From Anaeromyxobacter sp. (GTDB lineage: Bacteria > Myxococcota > Myxococcia > Myxococcales > Anaeromyxobacteraceae), in contig JASGJN010000013.1 in assembly GCA_049840735.1 (NCBI GenBank), positions 192,001 to 256,000 of the forward strand: DNA of 64,000 nucleotides, written 5' to 3'. The translations under genes were made by a program, and so were the position numbers. Every line of letters begins with the position of its first letter. Position 1 is the first letter of the stretch. Of the stretch, positions 16,522-28,035 are shown piece by piece. Under the pieces are notes generated by a model. It saw nothing but the letters and a program-made list of their open reading frames with translations. It was not told where the DNA came from and did no database searches.

Positions 16522-18101
16522 CGGCGCCGCGCCCGCCCTCCGCCGGGCCGCCGGCCTGGCGGCGCGCCGCCCGCCGCCTGGGGCGGGCCCTCACCGTCTC
16601 GCGCTTCGAGCTGCGCATCGCCGCCGCGCTGGTGGTGGCGGCCACCCTGCCGCTGGTCGGGGCGCTGATGCTGGCGGACCGGGTGGCGGACGAGAACCTC
16701 TCCCTCGGGCTCGACCCGCGCGTGGTGGACCAGCTCGAGGGCATCCCCTCGCTCTACGGCGACCTCTTCCAGGCCCGCAAGCAGCTCTACGCCGAGCAGG
16801 CCCGCGCCCTGGCCCGCGGGCTCCCCCACGAGCGCTCGGCCGCCTCCGCCTACCTGGCCAGCGCGGTGGAGCGCGTGCCGCGGCTGCGGCGCGTCACCTG
16901 GACCGGGCGCGACGGCAACGTGGTCACGCAGGCCGAGACGCAGCGGCCCAACCCGGAGGGCGAGTGGCGCGAGGCCCCGGCCCGGGTCGAGCTGCCGGGC
17001 GGCGGGCGGCTGGAGTGCGTCTTCGCCATCGAGGCCCGCTACTTCGCCGAGGTGGCGGAGGCGCGCGAGCTGGCGGAGCTGGTCCAGGGCGTGGACGCGC
17101 TCCGGCGCGAGATCCGGCGCTCCTACGTGCGGGCCTTCGGCTACCTGCTGGTGGTCTGGGCGGCGGCCGCGGCGGCGGTGGGCATCTGGCTGGCGCGCCG
17201 CACCACGCGCCGGGTCACGGCGCTGGTCGGGGCGGTGCGGCAGCTGGCGGCCGGCGACCTGGCGGTGCAGGTGGACCCGGGCCGCGCCGGGGACGAGGTG
17301 GCCGGGCTGGCCCGCGCCTTCAACGCCATGGTGCGCGAGGTGCGCGAGGGGCGCGACCGGATCGTCTACCTGGAGAAGATCTCCGGCTGGCAGGAGGTGG
17401 CGCGCCGGCTGGCCCACGAGATCAAGAACCCGCTCACCCCGATGCAGCTCGCCTACCAGCAGCTGGAGGCGCGCTGGAAGAAGGCGCCCGGCGAGGCGGC
17501 CTTCGGGAAGCTCTTGGGCGAGGTGGGGGACATCCTGCGCGAGGAGATCGGCACGCTGCAGCGCCTGGTGGACGAGTTCTCCGCCTTCGCCAAGCTGCCC
17601 GACGTCCGCCCCGAGCCCGCCGACCTGGGCGACTTCGTGGACGAGTTCGTGCGGACCAGCCCGCAGCTGCGCGCCGACGCCGACGTGGCGGTGGTGCGGG
17701 CCGGCGGGCGCTGCCCGGTGGCGCTCGACCGCGTCATGCTCCGGCGCGTGCTGGCCAACCTCTGCGCCAACGCGGTCGAGGCCTCGCGCCCGGCCCGGCC
17801 GCACGTGCACCTGGGGGTGGCCCGCACGCGCGATCGGGCGGTGCTGACGGTGGCGGACGAGGGGCCGGGCATCGACCGCGACCTGCGGGCCCGCATCTTC
17901 AATCCCTACTTCACGACCAAGGGCACGGGCACCGGGCTGGGGCTCGCCATCGTGAAGAAGATCGTCCTGCAGCACGGCGGCGAGATCCAGGCCGGCGAGC
18001 GGCCCGGCGGCGGCGCCTCCTTCACCATCGCGCTGCCGCTGCGCGACGAGGCCGCCGAGCCGGCGAAGGAACCCTCCCCGCCCCGCCGCGGCCGGGGTTA
18101 G
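16518..18101 (+). CDS. NtrY-like HAMP sensor histidine kinase
   Basis: Two TM segments, HAMP, WQEVARRLAHEIKNPLTPMQL H-box, DEFSAFAKLP, DEGPG, GTGLGLAIV. Confidence 0.92.
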   Translation: MTAPRPPSAGPPAWRRAARRLGRALTVSRFELRIAAALVVAATLPLVGALMLADRVADENLSLGLDPRVVDQLEGIPSLYGDLFQARKQLYAEQARALARGLPHERSAASAYLASAVERVPRLRRVTWTGRDGNVVTQAETQRPNPEGEWREAPARVELPGGGRLECVFAIEARYFAEVAEARELAELVQGVDALRREIRRSYVRAFGYLLVVWAAAAAAVGIWLARRTTRRVTALVGAVRQLAAGDLAVQVDPGRAGDEVAGLARAFNAMVREVREGRDRIVYLEKISGWQEVARRLAHEIKNPLTPMQLAYQQLEARWKKAPGEAAFGKLLGEVGDILREEIGTLQRLVDEFSAFAKLPDVRPEPADLGDFVDEFVRTSPQLRADADVAVVRAGGRCPVALDRVMLRRVLANLCANAVEASRPARPHVHLGVARTRDRAVLTVADEGPGIDRDLRARIFNPYFTTKGTGTGLGLAIVKKIVLQHGGEIQAGERPGGGASFTIALPLRDEAAEPAKEPSPPRRGRG

Positions 18102-18111
18102 GATCGCGGCC

Positions 18112-18883
18112 ATGCCCTCCCCCTACAATCTCTCCGGCCGCCTCGCCCTCGTCACCGGCGCCAGCTCCGGCATCGGCCTCGCCTGCGCCGAGGCGCTCCA
18201 CGCCGGCGGCGCCCGGGTCTGGGTGGCAGGCCGGCGCGCGGACCGGCTCGAGGCCCTGGCGGCCAGGCTGGGCGAGCGGGTCCGCCCGCTGCCCCTGGAC
18301 GTGCGCGACCGCGCCGCCGTCGAGCGCACCCTGGGCGCGCTCCCGGCCGGCTGGGACGCCGTGGACGTGCTGGTCAACGCCGCCGGCCTGGCGCTCGGGC
18401 TGGAGCCAGCGCCGCGCGCCTCGATGGACGAGTGGGAGACCATGATCGCCACCAACTGCACCGGCCTGGCCACCGTCACCCGGACGCTCCTGCCCGGCAT
18501 GGTGGCGCGCGACCGGGGGCACGTGGTGAACATCGGCTCGGTGGCCGGCACCTACCCGTATCCGGGCGGCAACGTCTACGGCGGCACCAAGGCCTTCGTG
18601 CACCAGTTCACGCTCAACCTGAAGGCCGAGCTGCTGGGCAGCGCCGTCCGCGCCACCAGCATCGAGCCGGGCATGGTGGGAGACCGAGTTCTCGGTGGTC
18701 CGGTTCTCCGGCGACGCCGGCAAGGCCCGGGCCGTCTACGCCGGGATGCAGCCGCTCACCGCGGCGGACGTCGCCGACGCGGTGGCCTGGTGCGTGAGCC
18801 GCCCGGCCCACGTCAACGTGAACGTGCTGGAGCTGATGCCGGCCGCGCAGGCCTCCGGCCCGTTCGCGGTCAGGCGCGGCTGA
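18112..18883 (+). CDS. YdfG-like short-chain dehydrogenase (frameshift ~18679)
   Basis: [21 protein letters not shown]; removing one G gives [15 protein letters not shown]. Confidence 0.88.
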
Positions 18884-18935
18884 GGGGTGCGCAGGCGGAG
18901 GGCCGCCGGGACAGCCCCCCGCCGCGCTCGCCCGT

Positions 18936-19833
18936 CTACTCCTCCATCGGCGCGCTGGACACCGGCCAGCCGATCTCGCCCGCCACCGGCTCCAGGTCGC
19001 GGCGCAGCTTCTCCAGCGCCCGGATCTCCAGCTGGCGCGCGCGCTCGCGGGAGAAGCCGAAGTGGTGCCCCAGGTCGCGCAGGGTCTCCTTGCCCTCGCC
19101 CATGATGCGGGCCTCCACGATGTGCCGCTCGCGCGGGTCGAGCCGCGACATGGCCTCGTGCACGCGGCGGCCCAGCAGCGCCTCCTCCTCCAGCCGGCCC
19201 AGCTCCTCGTCCTGCCCGTCGCCCTCCGAGGGCGTGAACTCGAGGTGCGTGCTGGTGCCGTCGGCCACCGGGGCGTCGAGCGAGAGGTCCCGCCCCTCCA
19301 TGCGCTGGGTCATCTCGACCACGTCGCTGGGCCGGACGCGCAGCTTCTTGGCCACCAGCGCCACGTCGATGCCCTCCTCGGCCAGGCCCGTGCCCGGGGT
19401 GAGGCGCTCGAATCTCATGCCGGGTGCGGGCCAGCGAGAAGAAGAGCTTACGCTGGGCCTGCGTGGTGCCGATCTTCACCAGCGACCAGCTCTTGAGGAT
19501 GTGGTTCTGGATGTAGGCGCGGATCCACCAGACCGCGTAGGAGATGAGGCGGATCTCCTTGTCCGGGTCGAACTTCTGGACGGCCTTCATGAGGCCGATG
19601 TTCCCCTCCTGGATCAGATCGGCCATGCGGAGGCCATAGGAGCGGTACTCGAACGCGACCTTCACCACGAAGCGGAGATTGGCCTCCACCAGCCGGTGCC
19701 CGGCGCGCTTGTCGCTCCCGTCGCGGAACTGCCGGGCGAGCCGGCGCTCCTCCTCGACGGTGAGCAGCGGCACCCGGTTGATCTCGCGCAGGTACTGGTC
19801 GAGGGTGCTGCTGGTCGTAGACGTGCGGTTCAT
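18936..19833 (-). CDS. RpoH-family RNA polymerase sigma factor (myxobacterial SigB/C/E-like; frameshift ~19411)
   Basis: [47 protein letters not shown]poH box, [17 protein letters not shown]. Confidence 0.9.
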
Positions 19834-20171
19834 CTCTCCTCCTCGGGAGCGGATTCCTGGGCCCTGGGACCCGCAGCCCCCGGAGCAACGACCGTGCCGC
19901 GCGCGCAAGTGCCCTGCGTTCACGCGGAAACGACCATTGACCGGGGGTGCGCGCGCGCGGGGCTGTAAGTCCGTCAGCGTCGAAGGGCGCCGGTGCGGTA
20001 AGGGCGACAGGGGCGCCCGCTCGCGGGTATCCCCCGCGTGCGGCCTCTCCGGGCGCACGCCCGCCCGCCGGTGGGGCCAGCGATGCGTGCGGGGCCCCGC
20101 CCCTTCCGAGCGCCGCGGCCTCCCGGGAGGAGCCGTACAACCATGTGCTCGCACCCGTTCACCTGGAGAGA

Positions 20172-20972
20172 ATGACGATGATCGCCCCGCTCCGCACCCT
20201 GCTGGCCGCGCTGGCGCTGGCGCCGGCGCTGGCCCTCGCCGCCCCGCAGAAGGCCGAGGTCACCTGGTACGGCCACGCCGCCTTCGTGGTCCGCACGCCC
20301 GGCGGCACCGTGCTGGCCATCGACCCCTGGCTCTCGAACCCGCGCGCGCCTGGCAAGGACCTGGCGGACCAGCTGCCCAAGGTGGACTACGTGCTCATCA
20401 CCCATGGTCACTCCGACCACGTGGGCGACGCCGTGGCCATCGGCAAGCGCACCGGGGCCAAGCTCATCACCAGCTTCGAGCTGGCGCAGCAGCTGGTGGC
20501 GGCCGGCTACCCCGCCGAGCAGGCCGGGATGGAGACCTCCGGCAACATCGGCGGGCAGTTCCAGGCCGGCGACGCCACCGTGATCATGGTCCCCGCCGTC
20601 CACAGCTCCGGCGTGGCCGGCGCCAAGGACGCGCCGCCCGGCTACGGCGGCAACCCCATGGGCTTCGTCATCAGGATCAAGGACGGCCCGACGCTCTACC
20701 ACACCGGCGACACCGACCTGACCCAGGACATGAAGCTCATCCCCGAGCGCTACGGCCCGGTGGACGTGCTGCTGGCCTGCATCGGCGGCCACTTCACCAT
20801 GGATGCCGCCGGCGCCGCGCTGGCCGCCAGCTTCGTGAAGGCCAAGGTGGTGGTCCCCATGCACTTCGGGACCTTCCCCCTCCTCACCGGCACCCCGCAG
20901 CAGCTCGAGGCCGCGCTGAAGGGCAAGGCCAAGGTGGTGGTGCTGGAGCCGGGGAAGGCGCAGAAGTTCTGA
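20172..20972 (+). CDS. Exported metallo-beta-lactamase-fold hydrolase (UPF0173-like)
   Basis: Signal peptide, [26 protein letters not shown]. Confidence 0.88.
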   Translation: MTMIAPLRTLLAALALAPALALAAPQKAEVTWYGHAAFVVRTPGGTVLAIDPWLSNPRAPGKDLADQLPKVDYVLITHGHSDHVGDAVAIGKRTGAKLITSFELAQQLVAAGYPAEQAGMETSGNIGGQFQAGDATVIMVPAVHSSGVAGAKDAPPGYGGNPMGFVIRIKDGPTLYHTGDTDLTQDMKLIPERYGPVDVLLACIGGHFTMDAAGAALAASFVKAKVVVPMHFGTFPLLTGTPQQLEAALKGKAKVVVLEPGKAQKF

Positions 20973-21125
20973 GCGGGGAGCCAGCCACACCACGCAGGTT
21001 GCCGAGCCTTCCTGCCAGCGTCGCACGGCGCAGGGGAGCCCCTGCCCGTGCGGCGCGGGCCTGAGTGCGGGATAGGCCGCGCGGCGATCGGTCCGCGAGT
21101 CCCGGAGCGCCGCAGGACGGCCGCG

Positions 21126-21151
21126 CCCTTCGACAGGCTCAGGGCGAACGG
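21126..21151 (-). repeat. REP-like element copy A
   Basis: Reverse complement CCGTTCGCCCTGAGCCTGTCGAAGGG; shares termini with copies B-E. Confidence 0.75.
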
Positions 21152-21378
21152 CTCGAGGTGCGCGGAGGCCCGCATCACAGGCTGCCCAGGCACCCGCGCG
21201 GCTCGCGTCCAGCGGTGCGAGCCGGGCACCCGTCCAAAGGCCCCTGGGCCGCCGTTCCTCGAAGGACTCCCGCGTGCCATCCAGCAACGTCCGTGATTCC
21301 CGAATACACCGTCGGTTTACCCGGCCGGCCGCAGGGCGGGTACACCGACCAGGCCCGCGCCCTGCAAACGGCGCGATC

Positions 21379-21645
21379 ATGCCCAAGGCCGCCCACCTCG
21401 CATGGCTGCTCGCCCTCGTCCCCCTGGGGGGCTGCGGCCTCCTCTTCAACAAGATGGAGAAGGACCAGAACGGCCTGTACCAGGCGCCGTACGAGCCCCC
21501 CGAGGCCCCTGCCTCCGCGGGGCGAGCGCGCCGTCTGGTGGCTGATGCCGCCGCCCTGCGCCGACATCCCCGCAGCCGGCTGGCGGGTGCCCGGGACGGG
21601 AAAGCGGTAGGCGACGCGACCCTGCTCCAGCACGAGCGCTCATGA
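21379..21645 (+). CDS. Small putative lipoprotein, possibly truncated
   Basis: MPKAAHLAWLLALVPLGGC lipobox; C-terminal half looks degenerate. Confidence 0.4.
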   Translation: MPKAAHLAWLLALVPLGGCGLLFNKMEKDQNGLYQAPYEPPEAPASAGRARRLVADAAALRRHPRSRLAGARDGKAVGDATLLQHERS

Positions 21646-21741
21646 TCGAGCGGCCGGGCCGAAGCCCGTCCGGGCGCAGCGGCCGCTCCGGAGGCGCGGA
21701 GGGACGGCACGCCGAGAGCGTCCCTGGCTGGATCCTCCTGG

Positions 21742-21789
21742 CCTTCGACTCCGCGAGCCCGGTGGGCTCGCTACGCTCAGGCCGAACGG
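21742..21789 (-). repeat. REP-like element copy B
   Basis: Reverse complement CCGTTCGGCCTGAGCGTAGCGAGCCCACCGGGCTCGCGGAGTCGAAGG, near-identical to 48025-48073. Confidence 0.85.
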
Positions 21790-21817
21790 ATCGTGAAATC
21801 GTCCATGGTCGAGCGAA

Positions 21818-23612
21818 CTACGCCGCCATCGGCAGGAGGCCGCGCGTCTGCTTCTCCACCAGCTCGGCGTAGTAGCCGCCGCGGGACATCAGCTCGCGGT
21901 GGCGGCCCTCCTCGACGATCCGGCCGGCGCGCAGCACCACGATCCGGTCGGCGTTCACCACCGTGGAGAGCCGGTGGGCGATCACCAGCGCGGTCCGGCC
22001 CGCGGCGACGCGGTCCAGCGCCGCCTGGACCAGCGCCTCCGACTCCGCGTCCAGCGCCGAGGTCGGCTCGTCCAGGATCAGGATGGCCGGGTCCTTGAGC
22101 AGCGTGCGGGCGATGGAGACGCGCTGGCGCTCGCCCACCGAGAGGCGGCTGCCGCGCTCGCCCACCACCGTGTCGTAGCCCTGCGGCAGGCGCAGGATGA
22201 AGTCGTGGGCGTTGGCGGCGCGGGCGGCCGCCTCGATCTCCGCCCGCGAGGCGGTGGGGCGGCCGTAGGCGATGTTGGCCCGCACCGACTCGTTGAAGAG
22301 CAGCGAGTCCTGGAACACCACCCCCACCTGCCGGCGCAGCGACACCTGCCGGAGCTTGCGGATGTCGATCCCGTCCACCCGCACCAGGCCCGCGTCCGGG
22401 TCGTAGAACCGCTGCACCAGCGAGACCAGCGTGGACTTGCCCGAGCCCGAGGGGCCCACGATGGCCACCCGCTCGCCCGCCTTCACCCGCAGCGTCACGC
22501 CGTCGAGCAGCGGCGGGCCCCCGCGGTGGTAGGCGAACCGCACGTCCTCCCAGGCCACCTCGCCGCGCAGACCCACCACCTCCTGCGCGTCCGGCGCGTC
22601 CCCCAGCGAGTCCTGCGCGTCCAGGATGCCGTAGACCTCCTCCACCGAGACCTGGGCCGTGCGGAGCGTCTTGTAGACGCCGGAGAGCCCCAGCACCGGG
22701 CCGAAGAGGCCGCCCACGTACCCCAGGAACGCCACCAGCGTGCCCACCGTGGTCTCGCCGCGCAGCACCAGCACGCCCCCCAGCAGCAAGGCCGACACCC
22801 GGGCGCCGATCTGCACCAGGTTCTGGGCCGCGCCCACCCCCGAGTCCACGCCCACGCCGCGGATCACCACCTCGTTGGCCGAGTTCACCTCGTCGAGGAA
22901 CCGCTTCTTCTCGGCGTCCTCCATGGCGAAGCTCTTCACCGTCACGATGCCGGAGAGCACCTCGTTGAAGCGCGAGTAGATGTGGACCCAGCGCTCCAGC
23001 AGCCCGCGCTCGCGGCGCGTCTGCATGGGGGCGGCCACGCGGGCGATGAGCGCCGGCAACGGCGCGAAGGCCAGCACCGCCAGCGCCAGGCGCCAGTCCA
23101 GCCGCAGCATCACCGCCACCGAGAGGCCCAGGTAGACCACCGCCGGCGCCACGTTGAAGGCCAGGTCCGCCAGCGCCCCCACCAGCCCCTGGATCGAGCG
23201 GTCGAGGCGGGTCATGACCGCGCCCACGCCCTCGGCGCGGTGGAACGTGAGCGGCAGCCGGTGCAGCCGCCCCACCGTGGCCTCGGTGAGGCCGTACTGG
23301 ATGCCGAATCCGCGTTCGCCAGGTGAGCCAGTTGGAGAGGGCCGACAGCGCCTCGCGCGAGAGCCCCAGGGCCACCAGCGCCAGCACGCCCTGCACCAGC
23401 GCGGTCCTCCCGGCCGGGCCGGCCAGGCCGTCGAAGACGGCACGCAGCGCCAGCGGCTCGGCCGCGTTCACCGCCGCGAGCGCCATGGCGATGGTGAGCA
23501 GCGCGGCGATGGGGCCGCGGAACGGGGCCAGGAACTCGGTGGCACGGCGGAGCGAGGCGCGGCGGGCGGGGGCGTTCACGCCAGCCGGAACAGGCCGCCC
23601 GGCCGGGGTCAT
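21818..23612 (-). CDS. ABC exporter, fused permease/ATPase (MsbA-like fold; frameshift ~23308)
   Basis: TMD followed by [30 protein letters not shown]; frames join as WRTRIGIQY. Confidence 0.88.
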
Positions 23613-23710
23613 TCCCTCGCGCGGCCCTGCGGCGCCAGGGCGCCGGGCGGCAGCGCCGCCGGCGGGGCGAGGGCCCGGCCGGCCGCCGGAGGCGCCCGGA
23701 GGGCGCCTGC

Positions 23711-24770
23711 TCACTCGGCGAGGAGCGTCGCCAGGAGCCGGAACCGGGGCACCTGGAAGCAGACGATCCGGACGGTGGACAGGAGCGGGACGGCCAGGAA
23801 GAGCCCCAGCGGCCCCCACAGCCAGAACCAGAACAGCGAGCCCACGAAGACCGCCAGGGCGTTCAGCCTCAGCTGCTTGCCCAGGAAGATGGGATCGACC
23901 ACGTTCCCCTGGATGGACACCAGCGCCAGGTAAGATCCCGGCCACGGCCGCCACGTCGCGCACCGTGCCGTACTGGAGCAGCGCCATGGCCACCGGCAGG
24001 AGCAGCCCCACGGCCGGGCCGACGTAGGGGATGAAGTGCAGGAGCGCGGTGGTGATCCCCCAGATCGACGCGTGCTCCAGGCCGTAGAGCGCGTACGCCA
24101 GCCACATCACCGCGCCCAGGATCCCGTTCAGCACCACGCGGTTGAGCATGTACTGCTCCACGTCGCGGTGCAGCTCCGCCAGCGCGGCGCGGAGGCGGGC
24201 CCGGCTCCCCGGCCCGCCGGCGTGGGCCAGCAGCTTGTCGCGGTAGCGCGGCCCCTCGGCCAGCGCGAAGTAGATCACGAACACCACCACCGCCAGCTCC
24301 GCCGCCACGGTGGCCGCTCCCTGGGCCGTCCCCACCAGCAGCTCGCCCCAGGGCACGCTCTCCTGCACCCGGACCTGCCCGGGCTGGCGCGGCGGCGTCA
24401 CCAGCCGCTCCGACTGCGTCTGCAGCCTCACCGCGTGGCGCCGGATGCCGGCCCAGGTCTCGCGGAACCGATCCTGGTAGCTGGGCAGGTCGTCGAGGAA
24501 GGTGGAGACGCGGTCGTACAGGAGCGCCGCGATCCCCGCCACCACCGCCGTCACCAGCAGCGTCCCCAGCGCGGCCGCCAGCGGCCGGGGCCAGCCGTGG
24601 CGGATGAGCCAGGCCACCAGCGGGTGGACGGAGAGGGCCAGCACGGCGCCGAGCGCCACCGGCACGAGCAGGTCCCGAGCCAGCCAGGCGAACCCCAGCA
24701 CCGCCCCCGTGGCGAGCAGCACCTGCGCCCGCGTGGCGCCGGTCCAGGGCGGCTGGGCGTTCCAGCTCAC
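23711..24770 (-). CDS. AI-2E (PerM) family transporter (frameshift ~23932)
   Basis: LLVPVALG, LLHFIPYVGP, QGNVVDPIFLGK, WLWGPLGLFLAVP. Confidence 0.88.
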
Positions 24771-25871
24771 GCCCCACCCCCCGCGATCCCCAGCTCCGCC
24801 GTCACGGCCAGCAGCTCGTCCACCCGGTGCGCGCAGGTGTGGCGCGCCTCGATTGACTCGCGCCCGCTGCGCGCCAGCGCCAGCGCCAGCCCCGGCTCCT
24901 CGCGCACGGCGCGCAGGTGACGGGCCATCTCGGCGCCGTCGCGCGCCACCAGGTAGTCCTGGCCCGGCCGGAAGAGCCGCTCCGCGTCCTCCCACGGCGC
25001 GCACACCAGCGGCGTCCCGCAGGCCAGCGCCTCGAAGACGCGGATGGTGGGGATGCCGGGCAGCGCCTCCACGTAGGGGCGGCGCGGCACGTGGACCGTC
25101 GCGCGGTGGGCGGCCAGCGCCGCCGGCGCGCGGTGGTTGGGGAGCCACCCGCGGTAGCTCACCCCGGCCGCCGCCAGCGCGGCCAGCCCGCGCTCCGGGT
25201 AGCGGACCCCGTGCACCGCCGCGGCCAGCCCCAGCGCCCGCACCGGCTCGAGCAGGAACTCGCGCAGCTCGGCGGTCCGCTCCTCGTCGCCCCAGTTGCC
25301 CACGAAGACCAGCTCGCCCTCGCGCGGCACGGCCAGCGGCCGGAAGCGGCGCACGTCGGCGGCCTCGTGCCAGGTGAAGACGCGATCCGCCCAGCCGCGC
25401 GCGCGGTAGACCTCGCGCAGCACCGCGCCGAAGGCCAGCACGCCGTCGTAGCGGGAGAGGTCGAACCGCTCCAGCTCCTCGGGCCGGGTCACCGCGCGGT
25501 GGTGCGTGTCGTGGAAGAGCAGGCGCAGGCCGGGGCGGCGGGCCCGCTCCGCCCCCAGCCGCGCCACCAGCGCCGGCGGGTTCCACTCGTGGACCAGCGC
25601 CAGGTCCACCCCGTCCAGCGCCTCGCCCAGGTCGAGCGCCTCCGGCGCGTAGACGCGGACCGGGATTCTCCGGGTAGGCCTCCCGCCAGGCCTCCAGCGC
25701 CGCCGGGCCGTGGTCGCGCGCCAGGCACTGGGCGCTCCAGGCGTCCGCCGCCTCCCAGGCCGTGACGGCGTGGCCGCGCGCCAGCAGCTCGGAGGCCACG
25801 CCGCGCAGGAAGTGGGCGTTGCCGTGGTTCCAGCAGGAGCGGAGCGAGTGGACGAAGAGGCCGATCCTCAC
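24767..25871 (-). CDS. CgeB-family glycosyltransferase (frameshift ~25666)
   Basis: HSLRSCWNHGNAHFLRG, FHDTHHRA, PTIRVFEALACG, HTCAHRV. Confidence 0.85.
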
Positions 25872-26998
25872 GGGTGTGCTCCTGTCCGCTGGCGGCACAG
25901 CGCGCCGTAGAGGTCCAGGTAGGCCTGCGCCTGGCGCGCCGGCGAGAGGCGCAGCGCGCGCGCCCGGGCCGCCGCCGCCAGCCGGGCGCGCCCGCGGGCG
26001 TCGCCGATCAGCGCGCGCAGCGCCAGGGCCAGCGGGGCGGGCTGGCCGGGCGGGACGAACCGGGCCGCGCCGTCCCAGAACTCTCGCAGCGAGGGCACGT
26101 CCCCCAGCACCAGCGCGCAGCCGGCCAGCGCCGCCTCCAGCACGGCCAGGCCGAACGGCTCGTAGCGCGCCGGGTGGGCGAAGATCGAGGCACGCCCCAG
26201 CCAGCGCGCCAGCGAGGCCTCGTCCAGGCGGCCGAGCCGGTGCGCCTGGCCCGGCGCGAGCGGCGCGCCCGGAGCGTCGGCGCCGGGCGTGGCCGGGCCC
26301 GGCGCCGGCGCCGGCGCCGGGGGCGCCGGGTCGCCGGCGATCGCCACCGGCCAGGGCAGCGCCGGCGCGGCCGCGGCCAGCGCGGCGGCCCCCTTGGCCT
26401 CGTCCCAGAGGCGGCCTGCCCCCATGACCAGCGGCCCGCCCGGCCCGGGCGGGAAGCGCGCCGGGTCGCGGGCGTTGGGGATCACCCGCGGCGGCGGGAG
26501 CGGCCCGTGGTGGCGCACCAGCGCCTCGGCCATGGCGCGGCTCGGCGCCACCACCGCCGCCGCGCAGAGCAGCCCCCGCCGCACCGCCCGGCGGTAGGTG
26601 TCCCAGGCCGCCGGCGCGGGCTCGCCCCGCACCGCCTCGAACCAGGAGGGCACGCAGGAGTGGGCCACCACCAGGGCCGGGGCCCGGAACGGCAACGCAC
26701 CATGCGTGAAAGAGCCCAGCTGCACCACGTCCGGCTGCTCCGCCCGCTCCAGCGCCAGCAGCCAGCGGCCGGCGGCCGCCACGTCGGCCCACGGCGCCTC
26801 CATCCACTCCAGCCGGAAGGCCGCGCCGTGGTGCCGGAGCCCGGGGACGGCCGCCACCGCGCGCGCCTGGGCGGCGTCGAGCGGCGCCCCCTCGGTGGCC
26901 AGCACCACCTCGACGCCGCGCTGCCGCAGCGCCCGCGCCAGCTCCAGCGCGTACGTGAACACCCCGCCTACCGCGTCCGCGTGCAGGAGCACCTTCAT
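25868..26998 (-). CDS. GT4 family glycosyltransferase
   Basis: DAVGGVFTY, AGRLWDEAK, YEPFGLAVLEAA (EX7E motif). Confidence 0.88.
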   Translation of the reverse strand: MKVLLHADAVGGVFTYALELARALRQRGVEVVLATEGAPLDAAQARAVAAVPGLRHHGAAFRLEWMEAPWADVAAAGRWLLALERAEQPDVVQLGSFTHGALPFRAPALVVAHSCVPSWFEAVRGEPAPAAWDTYRRAVRRGLLCAAAVVAPSRAMAEALVRHHGPLPPPRVIPNARDPARFPPGPGGPLVMGAGRLWDEAKGAAALAAAAPALPWPVAIAGDPAPPAPAPAPGPATPGADAPGAPLAPGQAHRLGRLDEASLARWLGRASIFAHPARYEPFGLAVLEAALAGCALVLGDVPSLREFWDGAARFVPPGQPAPLALALRALIGDARGRARLAAAARARALRLSPARQAQAYLDLYGALCRQRTGAHP

Positions 26999-27021
26999 GG
27001 CCGCGCGCGCCTCCGCCCCGC

Positions 27022-28035
27022 TCAACCCCCGTAGATCCGGTCCAGCGTCTCCTGCACCGCCACCACCGTCTCCACCGCCGGATTGAAGCCGCCCCCCGCC
27101 GCCAGCCCCTCCGCCCAGGCCACCGCCGCGCGGCCGCCCCACGCGTCGGGCGGCCCGGCCAGGAGCTCGCGGCGCGTGCCCTGGGTGCGCTCCACCAGGA
27201 AGTCGTAGAAGGACCCCTGCACGTTGCGCAGCGTGGCCCCGCCCCGCGTGCCGTAGAAGCCCGCCTCGATGCGGCAGTCCTCGCCGGCCGCCAGCCGCCA
27301 GGAGCAGGCCAGCTGCACCACCGCCCCGCCCGCCAGCTCCAGCTGCGCCGCGGCGTAGTCCTCCACGCGGCTGCGCCCCTGCACCGGCTCGCCGCCGGCG
27401 CGCAGGGCCGCCGCGATCCGCTCCACCGCCGGGAAGCCCAGCACCCAGCCGGCCAGGTCCACCAGGTGGATGCCGAGGTCCATCAGGCACCCGCCGCCGG
27501 AGAGCGCCGGGTCGTCGAACCAGGCCTTGTCTGGCCCGTACGCGTTGTGGAAGGCCAGCTGCACGGCGTGGATCCGGCCCAGCGCCCCGGACTGCACCAG
27601 CCCCCGCACCTGCTCCATGCCGGCCACGTGGCGGTAGGAGAGGTCCACGCCCAGGCGGCGGTCGGCGGCGCGGGCCGCGTCCACCACCCGGCGCGCCTCG
27701 GCCGCGGAGCGCCCCAGCGGCTTCTGGCAGAAGACCGCCAGGCCGCGCTCCAGCGCCCGCACCGCCTGGTCGGCGTGGAGCGCCGAGGGCGTGGCGATGA
27801 CCACGCCGTCCAGGTCCTGGTCGAGCAGCGCGTCCAGCGTCTCCAGCGCGCGGCAGCCCTCGATGGCCGAGGCGGCGGCGTGCGCGGCGGCGGCGGCGGT
27901 GTCGGCCACCGCCACCGCGTCCGCCACCCCGCGCTCCAGGATGGCGCGCAGCCGGTGCCGGCCGATCCAGCCCACGCCGAGGAAGCCGAGCCGGGGGCGC
28001 CGGGGCTCGGCGGCCGGGGAGGTCTGCGCGCTCAC
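27022..28035 (-). CDS. Gfo/Idh/MocA family oxidoreductase
   Basis: GFLGVGWIG, IATPSALH, FCQKP, GGGCLMDLGIH. Confidence 0.88.
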   Translation of the reverse strand: MSAQTSPAAEPRRPRLGFLGVGWIGRHRLRAILERGVADAVAVADTAAAAAHAAASAIEGCRALETLDALLDQDLDGVVIATPSALHADQAVRALERGLAVFCQKPLGRSAAEARRVVDAARAADRRLGVDLSYRHVAGMEQVRGLVQSGALGRIHAVQLAFHNAYGPDKAWFDDPALSGGGCLMDLGIHLVDLAGWVLGFPAVERIAAALRAGGEPVQGRSRVEDYAAAQLELAGGAVVQLACSWRLAAGEDCRIEAGFYGTRGGATLRNVQGSFYDFLVERTQGTRRELLAGPPDAWGGRAAVAWAEGLAAGGGFNPAVETVVAVQETLDRIYGG

